This document shows, piece by piece, positions 28,233 to 37,785 of a stretch of DNA of 64,000 nucleotides (positions are counted from its first letter, which is position 1; each line of letters begins with the position of its first letter). The DNA comes from a virus. Its lineage: Duplodnaviria; Heunggongvirae; Uroviricota; Caudoviricetes. The DNA lies in IMG/VR virus record IMGVR_UViG_3300031994_000001, positions 55,799-119,798 of that record. One strand, written 5' to 3'. Both the position numbers and the translations under genes were made by a program. Under the pieces are notes generated by a model. It was not told the DNA's origin, did not search any database, and worked only from the letters and a program-made list of their open reading frames with translations.

Positions 28233-28706
28233 TTATATGATTTTTAATATGTTTTTGAGATAATAGTTGATTGCTTCCTCGCAACAGCCGTAATACGACT
28301 TGTGTTTGTCGGCGCATTCATAGGATATAGAACCCACATTCGAGTCTTTATAGACGATTGAGCGCGTGTTCTCTTGGATTCCGCGTTTCTCGCCGTTGTC
28401 GGTTTGTATGATACGCCAAAAGTAAAGGCGTTTCTTCGGGTCGGGGCATCGTGTGATTTCAACGAACAGCCCCTTGCGCTCACGCATCCAATCAACAACC
28501 TCGCTTATCCTCGGTGCTGCCACCGAATATTTGTTGCCCTTGACGGGTTTGAATCCGAGCAGTTCGCCGTATTCGAGATTGACGCATCGTTTTCCTCTGA
28601 AATAACTTTTCTCGGTCTCGTACTGCGGATACTTGGCTTTGCGCAGCGCAATGGCAGTCTCGAATGACACAAGGCAGTTCTCGTTGTTTCTCTTATTCGT
28701 ACTCAT
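28233..28706 (-). CDS. Hypothetical phage protein
   Basis: VSFETAIALRKAKY, APRISEVVDWMRE pattern. Confidence 0.65.
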   Translation of the reverse strand: MSTNKRNNENCLVSFETAIALRKAKYPQYETEKSYFRGKRCVNLEYGELLGFKPVKGNKYSVAAPRISEVVDWMRERKGLFVEITRCPDPKKRLYFWRIIQTDNGEKRGIQENTRSIVYKDSNVGSISYECADKHKSYYGCCEEAINYYLKNILKII

Positions 28707-28831
28707 ACTTTCTGTGTTTTTTGTGGCGTTTGTAACGTTTCTTGCTCTCCCGTATATTCAGCAGGCATATAGGCTTCCCGTGCAGGGCGATTTCCTCCGC
28801 TCTGTTCTGCGCCTTGACCGCTTTCAATAGG

Positions 28832-29221
28832 TCAATGACCTGCCGATTTTTGTTTTTCTTCTTTCCCATATTTTCTGTCGTGTGCGCTCTGCAAAGCCTT
28901 GAAGCAGATATTGCCTACCTTGACCTCCTTACCCTCGGCGTTGTCGTTGAAGAACCACGCGCTCTGTCCGTTGATTACTCTGTAACGGAGGGTCTTGTAG
29001 TTCTTTTTAAGTTCCCTGCTGCACAAGTGGCACAAGCATTCTTCCTTGATACCATTTTTCTTCGCAACAGCCTCATTCATCATAACGAAGTCGTAACCGA
29101 AGTTGCAGAAATATTGATACTCGTCCCAATTGACATATTCGTCAACGCCCCATTGCTTTTGGGTTTTCTTGACGGTCTTGCCGCCGACATTCTTGGTCTC
29201 CATACTGACTGACTTTTCCAT
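28832..29221 (-). CDS. Hypothetical early protein with CxxC
   Basis: ATG directly downstream of promoter copy 3. Confidence 0.7.
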   Translation of the reverse strand: MEKSVSMETKNVGGKTVKKTQKQWGVDEYVNWDEYQYFCNFGYDFVMMNEAVAKKNGIKEECLCHLCSRELKKNYKTLRYRVINGQSAWFFNDNAEGKEVKVGNICFKALQSAHDRKYGKEEKQKSAGH

Positions 29222-29241
29222 AACGCTGTCCGTTTTGAATA

Positions 29242-29313
29242 CGCTGCAAAAATACAACTTTTTTTATACACACAGCACTTTTTCTGAAAAAGTTATCAAC
29301 AGAGTTATCAACA
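29242..29313 (-). promoter_or_regulatory. Conserved early promoter copy 3
   Basis: GTTATCAACA at 29292 and 29304; CAAAAATA at 29247-29254. Confidence 0.8.
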
Positions 29314-29541
29314 TCACATACTGCGGAGCGTGCATACCAATATCGTAATCCACGAACCGAAGCAGGCAAGGAACAGTCGGAATACGTACCGAGCCTTGTT
29401 GCCGCATCGTTTGTATCCGTAAAAGAACTGCGGCTTGCCGTGTGCGCCCTGCACCCATCTGTGGTCGTATGCGTCAATGACGGGAACAGCCACGAACCCG
29501 ATTATGTAGAACGCCAACAATATCCAAAACCAAACACCCAT
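29314..29541 (-). CDS. Small membrane protein
   Basis: MGVWFWILLAFYIIGF hydrophobic start. Confidence 0.5.
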   Translation of the reverse strand: MGVWFWILLAFYIIGFVAVPVIDAYDHRWVQGAHGKPQFFYGYKRCGNKARYVFRLFLACFGSWITILVCTLRSM

Positions 29542-29546
29542 TAGTC

Positions 29547-29828
29547 CTACTTTTTGGTACATTGACAGTCGGGGTCGTGTACGATACCGCAATTACCACC
29601 ATACGTTCCTACGTGGAATTGGATATAGTCGTGTCCCTTATATGTGAAGTGTCGGATTGACGAAATCTGACCGTAGGTATAACTCTCGGATTCAAGCATA
29701 ATCTGTTCTGTATATACATACGGCACATTTTTCGTTATGGTTTCGTCCGAATCATCTTTGTGCGTTTTGCTGTCGTAGCAGGACACGCAAGTCAATGCCA
29801 CAATGATAAATGCTAATAGTTTTTTCAT
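29547..29828 (-). CDS. Predicted lipoprotein
   Basis: MKKLLAFIIVALTCVSC lipoprotein-like signal. Confidence 0.65.
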   Translation of the reverse strand: MKKLLAFIIVALTCVSCYDSKTHKDDSDETITKNVPYVYTEQIMLESESYTYGQISSIRHFTYKGHDYIQFHVGTYGGNCGIVHDPDCQCTKK

Positions 29829-29835
29829 TTTTCTG

Positions 29836-30282
29836 TTATTTGTATGGGTTAAAAAATTCATTGACCTCAACGGCGAGACTCTTTGCTATCAATCCGTTGT
29901 GGTCGAAGTGGCGGGCGTTCAGCCATTCAAGTATTCTTGACATAAAGTCGTAGTGTATCTTGTCCCCGAAATGGCTCATAGGAACTACAAGACCTTCCTC
30001 GTCAAACGAACCCGTACCCGTAGGGCAGAGCATTTTCTTCATTTCGTTCCGCTCATCCTCGGTCATAGATGACATAGGGCGTAGGCAGGGTTTCCAATCC
30101 AACACGCTGCCCAACTCATATCCGCTGTCGGGTTCTGCTTCGAGTTCAAACATACCAAACGATGCGTTGAGTGTGCGAAGCACTGCGGTCACGCCGTACT
30201 TGTTTCGCATAACAACTCCAAACGGAATCCTGCCGCACAAGTCTCTGACAATAAGTTTTTTCGTTTCTTTTTCCATATTCAT
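29836..30282 (-). CDS. Family-B paralogue (DLCxRLPY / KPYLRP / HFDYRGLI)
   Basis: DLCGRIPFG, KPCLRPMSSMT, WLNARHFDHNGLI. Confidence 0.8.
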   Translation of the reverse strand: MNMEKETKKLIVRDLCGRIPFGVVMRNKYGVTAVLRTLNASFGMFELEAEPDSGYELGSVLDWKPCLRPMSSMTEDERNEMKKMLCPTGTGSFDEEGLVVPMSHFGDKIHYDFMSRILEWLNARHFDHNGLIAKSLAVEVNEFFNPYK

Positions 30283-30304
30283 TCGTTTATATAAGTTATA
30301 TATG

Positions 30305-30348
30305 AATATAATAAAAAAATCCGAAAACTACATTTCGGATTCTTTTTT
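30305..30348 (-). promoter_or_regulatory. Motif-2 element overlapping a terminator-like hairpin
   Basis: TTCGGATTTTTTTATTATATT; TCCGAAA...TTTCGGA inverted repeat. Confidence 0.5.
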
Positions 30349-31080
30349 AATGTACGGATTGTTGTTGTCAGTCACCTTTATCGCAAGACCGCGTTTGATT
30401 AGACCACGGTAGTCGAAGTGGTGTTTGTGCAGCCAATCAATTGGCACTGTGCAGTATTGCGCCCAAATGCCCCAACTTTTTCTGAAATCCTCGCACGATG
30501 AGGGGTCATCGAAGTTCGGATATTTTGTTCTGTCCGCCGCTGTGAGTTCTTTCGCTTCCTCATCGGTCATAGAATCCATACTGCGCAAATACGGTTTTAT
30601 GTCACAAAATCCTTTTCTGAATGCCTCAATCTCAATGCCCTTAATCGGAATCACCATACGCTCATTGTCGTTATCGTACACTTCGGCGATTACACCAAAC
30701 GGGATTCTGCCCGACAAATCGGTAATGAGCAAATCTTTGTCGTTGGTTGTTTCAACACCTTCGATTTTGATTTCCTTATTAACGCCGCATATCAGAAGAG
30801 CCTGCTGCAACTCGTGGACATAGTGTATGATGTTGAAGTCAACCTCGCAGCATACGCCGCTTACCGTTATTTGGAACAGACCGCCTGCCCCCAATTTAGC
30901 CTTGAATCCGTTGTACTCCAATATCTCTTTTGTGAGCGGAAGCGGGCTGATTTCTTTGGCGAGGACGTTGTTCGCTATGTTCGTCATTACACCGTTTGTG
31001 TAAACCTCTCTAATTATGGCGGGCTTTCCTATTTTGTCAACGAAAACCCAATTGCCAATCATAAGTTCTTTCGTGTTCAT
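30328..31080 (-). CDS. Family-B paralogue with extra N-terminal domain
   Basis: MNTKELMIGNWV...HYVHELQQ domain, then DLSGRIPFG, KPYLRSM, HHFDYRGLI. Confidence 0.8.
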   Translation of the reverse strand: MNTKELMIGNWVFVDKIGKPAIIREVYTNGVMTNIANNVLAKEISPLPLTKEILEYNGFKAKLGAGGLFQITVSGVCCEVDFNIIHYVHELQQALLICGVNKEIKIEGVETTNDKDLLITDLSGRIPFGVIAEVYDNDNERMVIPIKGIEIEAFRKGFCDIKPYLRSMDSMTDEEAKELTAADRTKYPNFDDPSSCEDFRKSWGIWAQYCTVPIDWLHKHHFDYRGLIKRGLAIKVTDNNNPYIKKESEM

Positions 31081-31143
31081 ATCCTATTGTTTATGTGTGT
31101 TGCTGTCTTTTGTTACCGCTATGGAGAGACCGTACAACAAAAT

Positions 31144-31443
31144 CTAATAAAATTTTGAATATGAATCTAATTTTTCCCATAATTTTGAGCGTCTGCATAA
31201 TTCTTGGGTCTTTATGTCATACCACGGGCATATCTTGTCCATCGGTTCAAAAACGGTCACAATCATACCAAAAAAATTCATTACTGGCACAAACGAATGT
31301 AAAAGTCTGAAAACAATCCAAATTCTTGAATATACCCTTTGATTTTTTGTTTCGTACTTTGTCAAGTAATTGTATAAGGTAACAAACAAAGATAAAACAG
31401 TGATAATCACATAAATTAAAAAAAGTATTTCCAAATTTGTCAT
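31144..31443 (-). CDS. Small membrane protein
   Basis: Two hydrophobic segments. Confidence 0.55.
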   Translation of the reverse strand: MTNLEILFLIYVIITVLSLFVTLYNYLTKYETKNQRVYSRIWIVFRLLHSFVPVMNFFGMIVTVFEPMDKICPWYDIKTQELCRRSKLWEKLDSYSKFY

Positions 31444-31465
31444 AATATTTATAATTTTAAGTTAT

Positions 31466-31720
31466 TTAATAATCATAATCTGCCATCACGATGCTTCTAT
31501 TATAATGCTTATGCTTCTCGTGAACTTTATTCAATACATCTTTTCCACGTTGCTCAAGCAATGCTTCATTCTCGTCTGTTGATTTAAGGTTTTTTCTGCA
31601 AATCTTATACAAGTTTTTGTAGTACTTCATATCGTTTCCCCACAGAACCCATCCAAGAAGCACACCCAATCCGATGCAACCGAGCATCACTAAAATTATT
31701 ATAAGGAATCCGTCTATCAT
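31466..31720 (-). CDS. Small membrane-anchored protein
   Basis: N-terminal TM helix then coiled coil. Confidence 0.6.
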   Translation of the reverse strand: MIDGFLIIILVMLGCIGLGVLLGWVLWGNDMKYYKNLYKICRKNLKSTDENEALLEQRGKDVLNKVHEKHKHYNRSIVMADYDY

Positions 31721-31795
31721 AATTGTTATGTTTTAGTTATTTTCTTCATTTATTCTTTTTTCTTCTCTCGGCACTTCGTTTACCCTTCGGTCTTG

Positions 31796-32221
31796 CTAAA
31801 ACATATCATCAAGTGAATTTATATATGAACTTTCACCGTATTTTTTGATAAGTTCCTTTTCGTCCTTGCCGTGATAATACGATTTCTCGTTATATATGTG
31901 GAGACGCTTGTTTTTCAATTCAACATATCTAAAGACAAATTCTTCAACAAGCACATTGTCATAGACAATATCCCCGTCATCGTCCTCAAAATAAGTACGT
32001 GTTGGTTTCCCAACAAAATCTTTGTAAAAAATCAACGCAATTTCCTTACCCTTGTATGATATTTTTTTAACAAGAACACCTTCAGAGTCAAAACTATCAA
32101 ACTCTCTACAATATGTAATCCTAATGTTTATCATAAATTTAACGTTTACAAGACCAAATGGGATAATTCCGATTAAATTTTCATAAGTTTCATTTGCTGC
32201 AAGAATTTGTATGCGAGACAT
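31796..32221 (-). CDS. Hypothetical protein (AT-rich)
   Basis: ORF in operon orientation. Confidence 0.5.
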   Translation of the reverse strand: MSRIQILAANETYENLIGIIPFGLVNVKFMINIRITYCREFDSFDSEGVLVKKISYKGKEIALIFYKDFVGKPTRTYFEDDDGDIVYDNVLVEEFVFRYVELKNKRLHIYNEKSYYHGKDEKELIKKYGESSYINSLDDMF

Positions 32222-32364
32222 TTCACGCTGCTGAAATCCCTAAATTCAAGGTATTTTTCGCACATCAGTTTGCCTGCGATTTCCTTAATGTGCTCGCAGT
32301 TTCCACAGCACGGGTACTTCGTGCCGTAGGTTTCCAAATTATATTTTTCTTGTTGTACTGTCAT
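32173..32364 (-). CDS. Small Cys-rich protein
   Basis: CCGNCEH...C...C. Confidence 0.55.
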   Translation of the reverse strand: MTVQQEKYNLETYGTKYPCCGNCEHIKEIAGKLMCEKYLEFRDFSSVKCLAYKFLQQMKLMKI

Positions 32365-32366
32365 AA

Positions 32367-32615
32367 TTATTCCTCTATATTTTCTTTTTTAGCCCAACTA
32401 AAATCAAGGTTGATTGTGTTCCACACATATTTCATAAACCAATCTGGGAATCTTCCGTATATTATAAGGTCAAATCTAAAAATCCACCAAATGAATGTGA
32501 TTGTCGGTTGTGAATATGTCACACTGACATAAAGAGATGGGAGGATATGCAAGTCGCCCCAATGACTCATATTGATGAATCTGAACTTAATCTTTGGAAA
32601 AAGTTTTCTTTTCAT
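32367..32615 (-). CDS. Hypothetical aromatic-rich protein
   Basis: ORF in operon orientation. Confidence 0.5.
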   Translation of the reverse strand: MKRKLFPKIKFRFINMSHWGDLHILPSLYVSVTYSQPTITFIWWIFRFDLIIYGRFPDWFMKYVWNTINLDFSWAKKENIEE

Positions 32616-32815
32616 ACCGCATTCTTCCTCTATATGTTGCTTGGCTTATACAGTCCTATGAACTTGTGCGGTTTGTCCTTTGTGTTGCCGAACAGTTTGC
32701 CGATGTCCTCACACCAACAAGTCGTTTCAAATCTGAATTTCCGCCAATTGAACCAAATAAATTGGCAATGTCCTTTTTCGTTGAATCTGATTATTTTCAT
32801 ATTATCTTATGTTAT

Positions 32816-33157
32816 TTAATGTTCATAATAGTATTCCCCGTTTGGCAGCATACGTTCCTCAACGGGTTCGGTTCCGCGTTCAGCGGTTATGCTGCCGCAC
32901 ATAACAAGGTCGAACACTTTGTTGTCATCCTCCGCTGTCTTGATGAGGTTGCCGAGTTCAGATTCCCCGTCAAGAAACGATTGCCTTTCTTCCGCCGAAA
33001 CCTGTGAACCTATTGCAAGCAAATCGCCTTCCTCGGTAATGTCGTACACAAGGCAGACATAATCGTTGCCATCCGTGTCTGTGACGGTGAACAGTTGCGG
33101 CGCGTCATACCAAACGAGCATTTTGCTGACTGAAAGTTGCATCTTTTCCATAGCCAA
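32816..33157 (-). CDS. Hypothetical protein
   Basis: LVWYDAPQLF...YVCL pattern. Confidence 0.65.
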   Translation of the reverse strand: MAMEKMQLSVSKMLVWYDAPQLFTVTDTDGNDYVCLVYDITEEGDLLAIGSQVSAEERQSFLDGESELGNLIKTAEDDNKVFDLVMCGSITAERGTEPVEERMLPNGEYYYEH

Positions 33158-33161
33158 AGTG

Positions 33162-33371
33162 TTATAATTTAAGACCCGAAAACTTGTCGAACTTTATTGT
33201 TATTATGTCGAAACATTCGATTTTAGTCACTTTGCCGAACTCCTCCATAGTCTCGAATGAAATCTGCTCGCCTTTGTCAATCAACGGTTTCCATCTTTGC
33301 CAAAAGAAGTTTCTGACATAGACATAGTACCTGCCGTTTGGCTTTCTTTCAAGTTTCGCTTTTCCTTTCAT
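33162..33371 (-). CDS. Hypothetical protein
   Basis: Translationally coupled ORF. Confidence 0.55.
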   Translation of the reverse strand: MKGKAKLERKPNGRYYVYVRNFFWQRWKPLIDKGEQISFETMEEFGKVTKIECFDIITIKFDKFSGLKL

Positions 33372-33763
33372 ATCCCTTTTATATTTGTGTACATATCATC
33401 GGGGGCTTCCAAGGCGAGACCCTTTTCTATCAGTCCACGGTAGTCAATGTGGATTGAGTTCAGATAGTCAAGTTTCTTTGCCATAATGTTGCCAACGGTG
33501 TCGTTGTTGAAACTGTTGTATTTTTCCGTTTCTTCTTTTGTCGCCGATGTCAGCGGTCGCAGATACAGCCGTATGTCTTCTATGTCCAGGTCATCATTGT
33601 TCTCACCGCAGACCAAGTTGTCGCAGGTGTTCACAATACACAAATAGTCGTCAAAAGGTTCATACTCTCCATCGGAAAACGGTGATTCCCAATGGAATGT
33701 CGGGTTGTACGGCAACCTCGCGCAGAGGTCTTCAATCATAAGTTTCAAATGGTCGCTTCTCAT
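33368..33763 (-). CDS. Family-B paralogue
   Basis: DLCARLPY, LYLRPL, DYLNSIHIDYRGLIEKGLALEAP. Confidence 0.8.
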   Translation of the reverse strand: MRSDHLKLMIEDLCARLPYNPTFHWESPFSDGEYEPFDDYLCIVNTCDNLVCGENNDDLDIEDIRLYLRPLTSATKEETEKYNSFNNDTVGNIMAKKLDYLNSIHIDYRGLIEKGLALEAPDDMYTNIKGI

Positions 33764-34287
33764 TGTTGTTGGTTTTTTGTTACATACATATCGTAATAGC
33801 ATTTTGACATTTTCAGACCGATGTTGGTCGTGGATTGAATATACTTCACGGCGTGAGGCCAGTCCATTGCGCTAACTTCCTTGAACTGTTCCTCCGTCAG
33901 CAATTCTTTCGGCAGTTCCTCCTTCAGCATTTCATCCAATTCCTCCATTGTCATATCATACATACCTTCGGGGGCTTCAATTGCCAATCCTCTTTCAATG
34001 AGGTGGTTTATGTCATAATGGTTTTCAATGAGGTATCGCATATTGTCAGATACCGTCTTGAAAGTTTCCCATCGGTAACATTCCATACCGTTCTCGTTGA
34101 ACTTGCGCAGGTACGGCTTGATGTGGTATATGTCCATACCGACAAGCAGTTTGTGGGCGTTATAAACGTTCAGCACAATATCCACGTCATCACCGTTCTT
34201 GTGGTAATGCGCGTACTTCACTTTCGGGTTGTACGGCAACCTCGCACAGAGGTCTTTAACCAATAATTGTTTTTCTTCCCGTGTCAT
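33760..34287 (-). CDS. Family-B paralogue with C-terminal extension
   Basis: KQLLVKDLCARLPY, KPYLRK, GLAIEAPEGMY, then ~60-aa extra domain. Confidence 0.8.
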   Translation of the reverse strand: MTREEKQLLVKDLCARLPYNPKVKYAHYHKNGDDVDIVLNVYNAHKLLVGMDIYHIKPYLRKFNENGMECYRWETFKTVSDNMRYLIENHYDINHLIERGLAIEAPEGMYDMTMEELDEMLKEELPKELLTEEQFKEVSAMDWPHAVKYIQSTTNIGLKMSKCYYDMYVTKNQQQ

Positions 34288-34290
34288 ATC

Positions 34291-34647
34291 TTATACAATT
34301 CCTTTTTGTTGTAAATACTCGGTTAGTTTAAGGCACGATGCAACCGATGGTCCCATTTCATCATCGTCATAACAGTAGGCTTCGTCACACAATGTACTCC
34401 AACCAATATCGCCCTTTATATAATTGTTCATTGCTTCGGTAATTGCGGTATAGTATTCCTTTTTTTCCTCGGCATCACTCTCGTTAAGCGATAGGTCAAT
34501 GTTAAAAAGGAAAATGTTGCGGTAGATGTGGCAGGCTTCTTTTACTGTTAAATCACGCTTCATCTGTAACCCATACATATACGGATTTTTCTCCGACCTA
34601 CGAAACGCAACGACTGGGTTAAGTTTTATTCTTCTTTTAAGTTCCAT
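34291..34647 (-). CDS. Hypothetical protein
   Basis: ORF in operon. Confidence 0.6.
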   Translation of the reverse strand: MELKRRIKLNPVVAFRRSEKNPYMYGLQMKRDLTVKEACHIYRNIFLFNIDLSLNESDAEEKKEYYTAITEAMNNYIKGDIGWSTLCDEAYCYDDDEMGPSVASCLKLTEYLQQKGIV

Positions 34648-34650
34648 AAC

Positions 34651-35451
34651 TTAATCATTTTTATACATTCCTTCGGGGGCTTCCACGGCGAGACCTTTTT
34701 CTATAAGACCCGCTGTGTCAAAATGTTTCTTGGCAAACCAATCCTGCACCTTTTTCATATCCGCTATTTTTATCATACAGTCGTAATGGCTCGGTGTGAC
34801 TTGTTGGTAGTTTACTATTGAGATGGATTCCGAGATATTGTCAAACTCTTTGGCTTCATCGTCTGTCATAGTTGTAAGAGGGCGCAGATAAGGTCTGACT
34901 TCATCAAGGTCAAGGTGGGCGACAGTGACTGTGTTGCATTTCATTACGCCGTTCTTTGTGAATACAAGTTCAAGTTTGGAATCGAAATTCGGGTGTTTTA
35001 CGATATTCATCATCAGACCGTATGGAAGACTGGCGCACATTTCAGAAAACATAAGTTGTTTCTCGCTGTCGGAAAGACCGCATTCTATGTTGTACAATTC
35101 ATCGGAAGCCTCTTGCGCCAACCCCATTTCAATCAGACCGTTGTAGTCGAAATGATGGGAAAGCAGCCAATGCGACAGTTCCATAAGATAATCCATAGAT
35201 TTGCCTTCAGTCCAAAGGTTGTTGTACTTTCCGCGCAGAGCGTCATATTCCTCACGCTCTTTATTTGTCATTTTTGACATACTGCGCAGCATCGGCTTGC
35301 AGGCTTCAATCGGGTGGCTTCCGTTGATAGTCATATCGTTTCCCTCAACAGAAAACACCTCGCAAATGTCCGCCCCGCAGTTCACCATAACGTGATACGG
35401 CATACGGGCGCACAGAACATTGTATAGCAGTTTCAAGTATTTTGTTTCCAT
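34651..35451 (-). CDS. Family-B paralogue with two tandem domains
   Basis: LCARMPY..KPMLRS..HHFDYNGLI, then MCASLPY..RPYLRPL..HFDTAGLIEKGLAVEAPEGMY. Confidence 0.8.
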   Translation of the reverse strand: METKYLKLLYNVLCARMPYHVMVNCGADICEVFSVEGNDMTINGSHPIEACKPMLRSMSKMTNKEREEYDALRGKYNNLWTEGKSMDYLMELSHWLLSHHFDYNGLIEMGLAQEASDELYNIECGLSDSEKQLMFSEMCASLPYGLMMNIVKHPNFDSKLELVFTKNGVMKCNTVTVAHLDLDEVRPYLRPLTTMTDDEAKEFDNISESISIVNYQQVTPSHYDCMIKIADMKKVQDWFAKKHFDTAGLIEKGLAVEAPEGMYKND

Positions 35452-35455
35452 ATTC

Positions 35456-35779
35456 TTAACGGGGGTTTTGTGATTTGTGATAAATTTCGTTGCCGTTTTG
35501 CTTCCATAGATTGACAACTATGATTGGGTTTCTGTCAATCTGCGATGACATAAGATATGTGCCTTCAACATAGGAATCGTCCGATTCAACGATACATTTA
35601 TCACCCTCTTTGAACGCCTTTTGAAACATCGCTGTGCGTCCGTTAAATTTTTGGTCGAACATAGCAAGCACATATTTCTGCCCGTTGTTTGTCGGGACTT
35701 CCCTTATTTTACCGTGTGCGGAATAGGATAGGGTTGCCAAGGCGTTGTCCTTTTCGCCATAAATGACTGTCGTTTTCAT
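35456..35779 (-). CDS. Hypothetical protein
   Basis: ORF in operon. Confidence 0.55.
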   Translation of the reverse strand: MKTTVIYGEKDNALATLSYSAHGKIREVPTNNGQKYVLAMFDQKFNGRTAMFQKAFKEGDKCIVESDDSYVEGTYLMSSQIDRNPIIVVNLWKQNGNEIYHKSQNPR

Positions 35780-36252
35780 ATTGCTCTATTTTTTGTTTGA
35801 TACATTTCTTCGGGTGCTTCGATTGCCAACCCTTTCCCGATGAGACCACGGTAGTCGAAGTGGTGTGCGTTGAAAAAATCCTGCATTTTGCTCGGCAGTT
35901 TTTCTTCCAACTGTATGGGTTCAAGCAGTTCATCGTTTCTGAACGAAAAATCGTGGATTTCTTGCAGGCAACCGTTCAGTTCGCGTTCTTCTTCCTCGGT
36001 TATTGAACGGATAGAACGCAGGTACGGGCGGACATTCTGCATAGAGTGAACCGTGGTCAAACCAGCCCCGTCAAAGTACAGTTCAAAGTCGGTCATTTCA
36101 TCATTGAGGAAAACAGCCCCGCTGAACACGGCATCGCGCCAACCGAAACAAACATCGTCCACTCGGTATATGGAACATTTCACACCGTGGCGCAACCGCC
36201 CGCAAAGGTCGTCAAAAAGCAACCGCTTTTCTTCCAATAGCATTGTCTCCAT
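35776..36252 (-). CDS. Family-B paralogue
   Basis: DLCGRLRHG, RPYLRS, HHFDYRGLIGKGLAIEAPEEMY. Confidence 0.8.
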   Translation of the reverse strand: METMLLEEKRLLFDDLCGRLRHGVKCSIYRVDDVCFGWRDAVFSGAVFLNDEMTDFELYFDGAGLTTVHSMQNVRPYLRSIRSITEEEERELNGCLQEIHDFSFRNDELLEPIQLEEKLPSKMQDFFNAHHFDYRGLIGKGLAIEAPEEMYQTKNRAI

Positions 36253-36255
36253 TTG

Positions 36256-36915
36256 TCAAAATTTTTCAAAGTTATACATCCCTTCCTCCGCTTCGAGAGC
36301 CAAGCCATTTTCGATAAGCCCGCTGTAATCGAAGTGGTGCTTGTTCAAAAAATCCACGTTCTTTATTCCGTAGTAGCCTTTGGAAAAATAATCAAAGTCC
36401 AAGTCCTGCCCAATCTCACCAAGGAACGGGTCGTGCGATATCGTGTACCAACTGCCGTCAGCCTTTTTGTATGGAACGCCGCCCAACATTATGGCGGCTG
36501 CATCGTACAGTTCGCTGTCGGTAATGCTTGACAGCGGGCGCAGGTACGGTTTGACAACATCGTTTGTCCATTCGTCTGTTGCGACATTTCTGTGATAGGC
36601 TATGAGCGGGTAAACAAAGTCATTGGTTGAACATATAACTTTGCCGAACTCTCGGCTGTTGTCAACCCCACTGTAAACGATTCCGAATGCATCAGTGATA
36701 CTCAAGTTGTAATCGTTCTCGTAACGCAGGTATTCCCGTTTACGCTCATTCTCCTTTATGGAAACACCGAACAATGTCACGGTCAGTTGGGTTTCACCGC
36801 CGAGGTTAGCCTTTATTCCGTATGGAATCCCTGCATATATGCGTTTTATATATTCGTGCAGGAGTTCGTCCGAAATCATACCATCGTATGTGGTCTTTGA
36901 TTCTTTCTTTTCCAT
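36256..36915 (-). CDS. Family-B paralogue (long central insert)
   Basis: AGIPYG, KPYLRPLSSIT, HHFDYSGLIENGLALEAEEGMY. Confidence 0.8.
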   Translation of the reverse strand: MEKKESKTTYDGMISDELLHEYIKRIYAGIPYGIKANLGGETQLTVTLFGVSIKENERKREYLRYENDYNLSITDAFGIVYSGVDNSREFGKVICSTNDFVYPLIAYHRNVATDEWTNDVVKPYLRPLSSITDSELYDAAAIMLGGVPYKKADGSWYTISHDPFLGEIGQDLDFDYFSKGYYGIKNVDFLNKHHFDYSGLIENGLALEAEEGMYNFEKF

Positions 36916-36920
36916 AGTCG

Positions 36921-37151
36921 TCAGATTGTAAATTCTTCGACAAACACGCCGTACTCTTTCTCCATTTCAGCCTTGTGTTCGGCTGCACGCTGCTTGGCTT
37001 CCTCAATGGTGTCGGTGAAATTGAAATCTTGGAAACGGCAGTATGCCTCCTTTTCCCAAATCACACGCTCCCATTTGATTCCGCTGTTGTCGTAATCATT
37101 CTTGAACCAAACCGAATATCCTTTGTCTGTTTTTAAGATTCTGTATGTCAT
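36921..37151 (-). CDS. Small hypothetical protein
   Basis: ORF in operon. Confidence 0.6.
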   Translation of the reverse strand: MTYRILKTDKGYSVWFKNDYDNSGIKWERVIWEKEAYCRFQDFNFTDTIEEAKQRAAEHKAEMEKEYGVFVEEFTI

Positions 37152-37161
37152 TGCTTTCGAT

Positions 37162-37677
37162 TTATAGGATTGTCACATATTTCGGGTCAACATACTCGGT
37201 GAGCCACACACCGTTGTTGCTGAAGTAGAACTTTATTCCGTCAGCAGACATACGACCCGTGTCAACTGACAGCACAACGGGTTTACCGTGTCGCTTGCCG
37301 ACCTCAACGGCGGTAGCCTCCGTGTCTGACAGATGCACATAAAGACGAGAGCCTTTCAGTATGCCCTGCTCCATAATGGAATCAACGAATCTATCGGCTG
37401 TTCCGTGGTACAGCGTCTTGGGAGGGATTTTCTCGGTGAGACCCACATCAACCTTGACACTGTGACCCTGCCGTGCGCGGATATGGAGTCCGTCCTCCGA
37501 GAACTCGTACCGTTTCTTGTTGTTGGTTTCCACTATTTCTTTGAGTTCCTGCATAGTGTAGCCGTGGTTCACGATGAGGTCTTCAATCGTGCGCCAACCG
37601 CCTTCCTCGAACTTGTATGACGTGTCGTGCCGCAGCAGATACGCCAACTCTTTTCCTCTTTCTACAATGTCTTTCAT
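37162..37677 (-). CDS. kptA: RNA 2'-phosphotransferase (Tpt1/KptA)
   Basis: LAYLLRH, GGW, KKRY, IRARQGHS, TLYHGT, RLYVHLS catalytic motifs. Confidence 0.93.
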   Translation of the reverse strand: MKDIVERGKELAYLLRHDTSYKFEEGGWRTIEDLIVNHGYTMQELKEIVETNNKKRYEFSEDGLHIRARQGHSVKVDVGLTEKIPPKTLYHGTADRFVDSIMEQGILKGSRLYVHLSDTEATAVEVGKRHGKPVVLSVDTGRMSADGIKFYFSNNGVWLTEYVDPKYVTIL

Positions 37678-37683
37678 TTTTCT

Positions 37684-37779
37684 TTATTTTTTCGTTTGTT
37701 TCTCATTCCGTTGTAATACAGAACAACCATTAATGTTCAGTTTTTCACCTATATATTGGTTTGTGTCAAGTATTTTCAT
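37684..37779 (-). CDS. 31-aa leader-only mini-ORF (MKILDTNQYIGEKLNINGCSVLQRNEKQTKK), possibly a remnant
   Basis: Manually translated; below ORF-track cutoff. Confidence 0.6.
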   Translation of the reverse strand: MKILDTNQYIGEKLNINGCSVLQRNEKQTKK

Positions 37780-37785
37780 AGTTTG

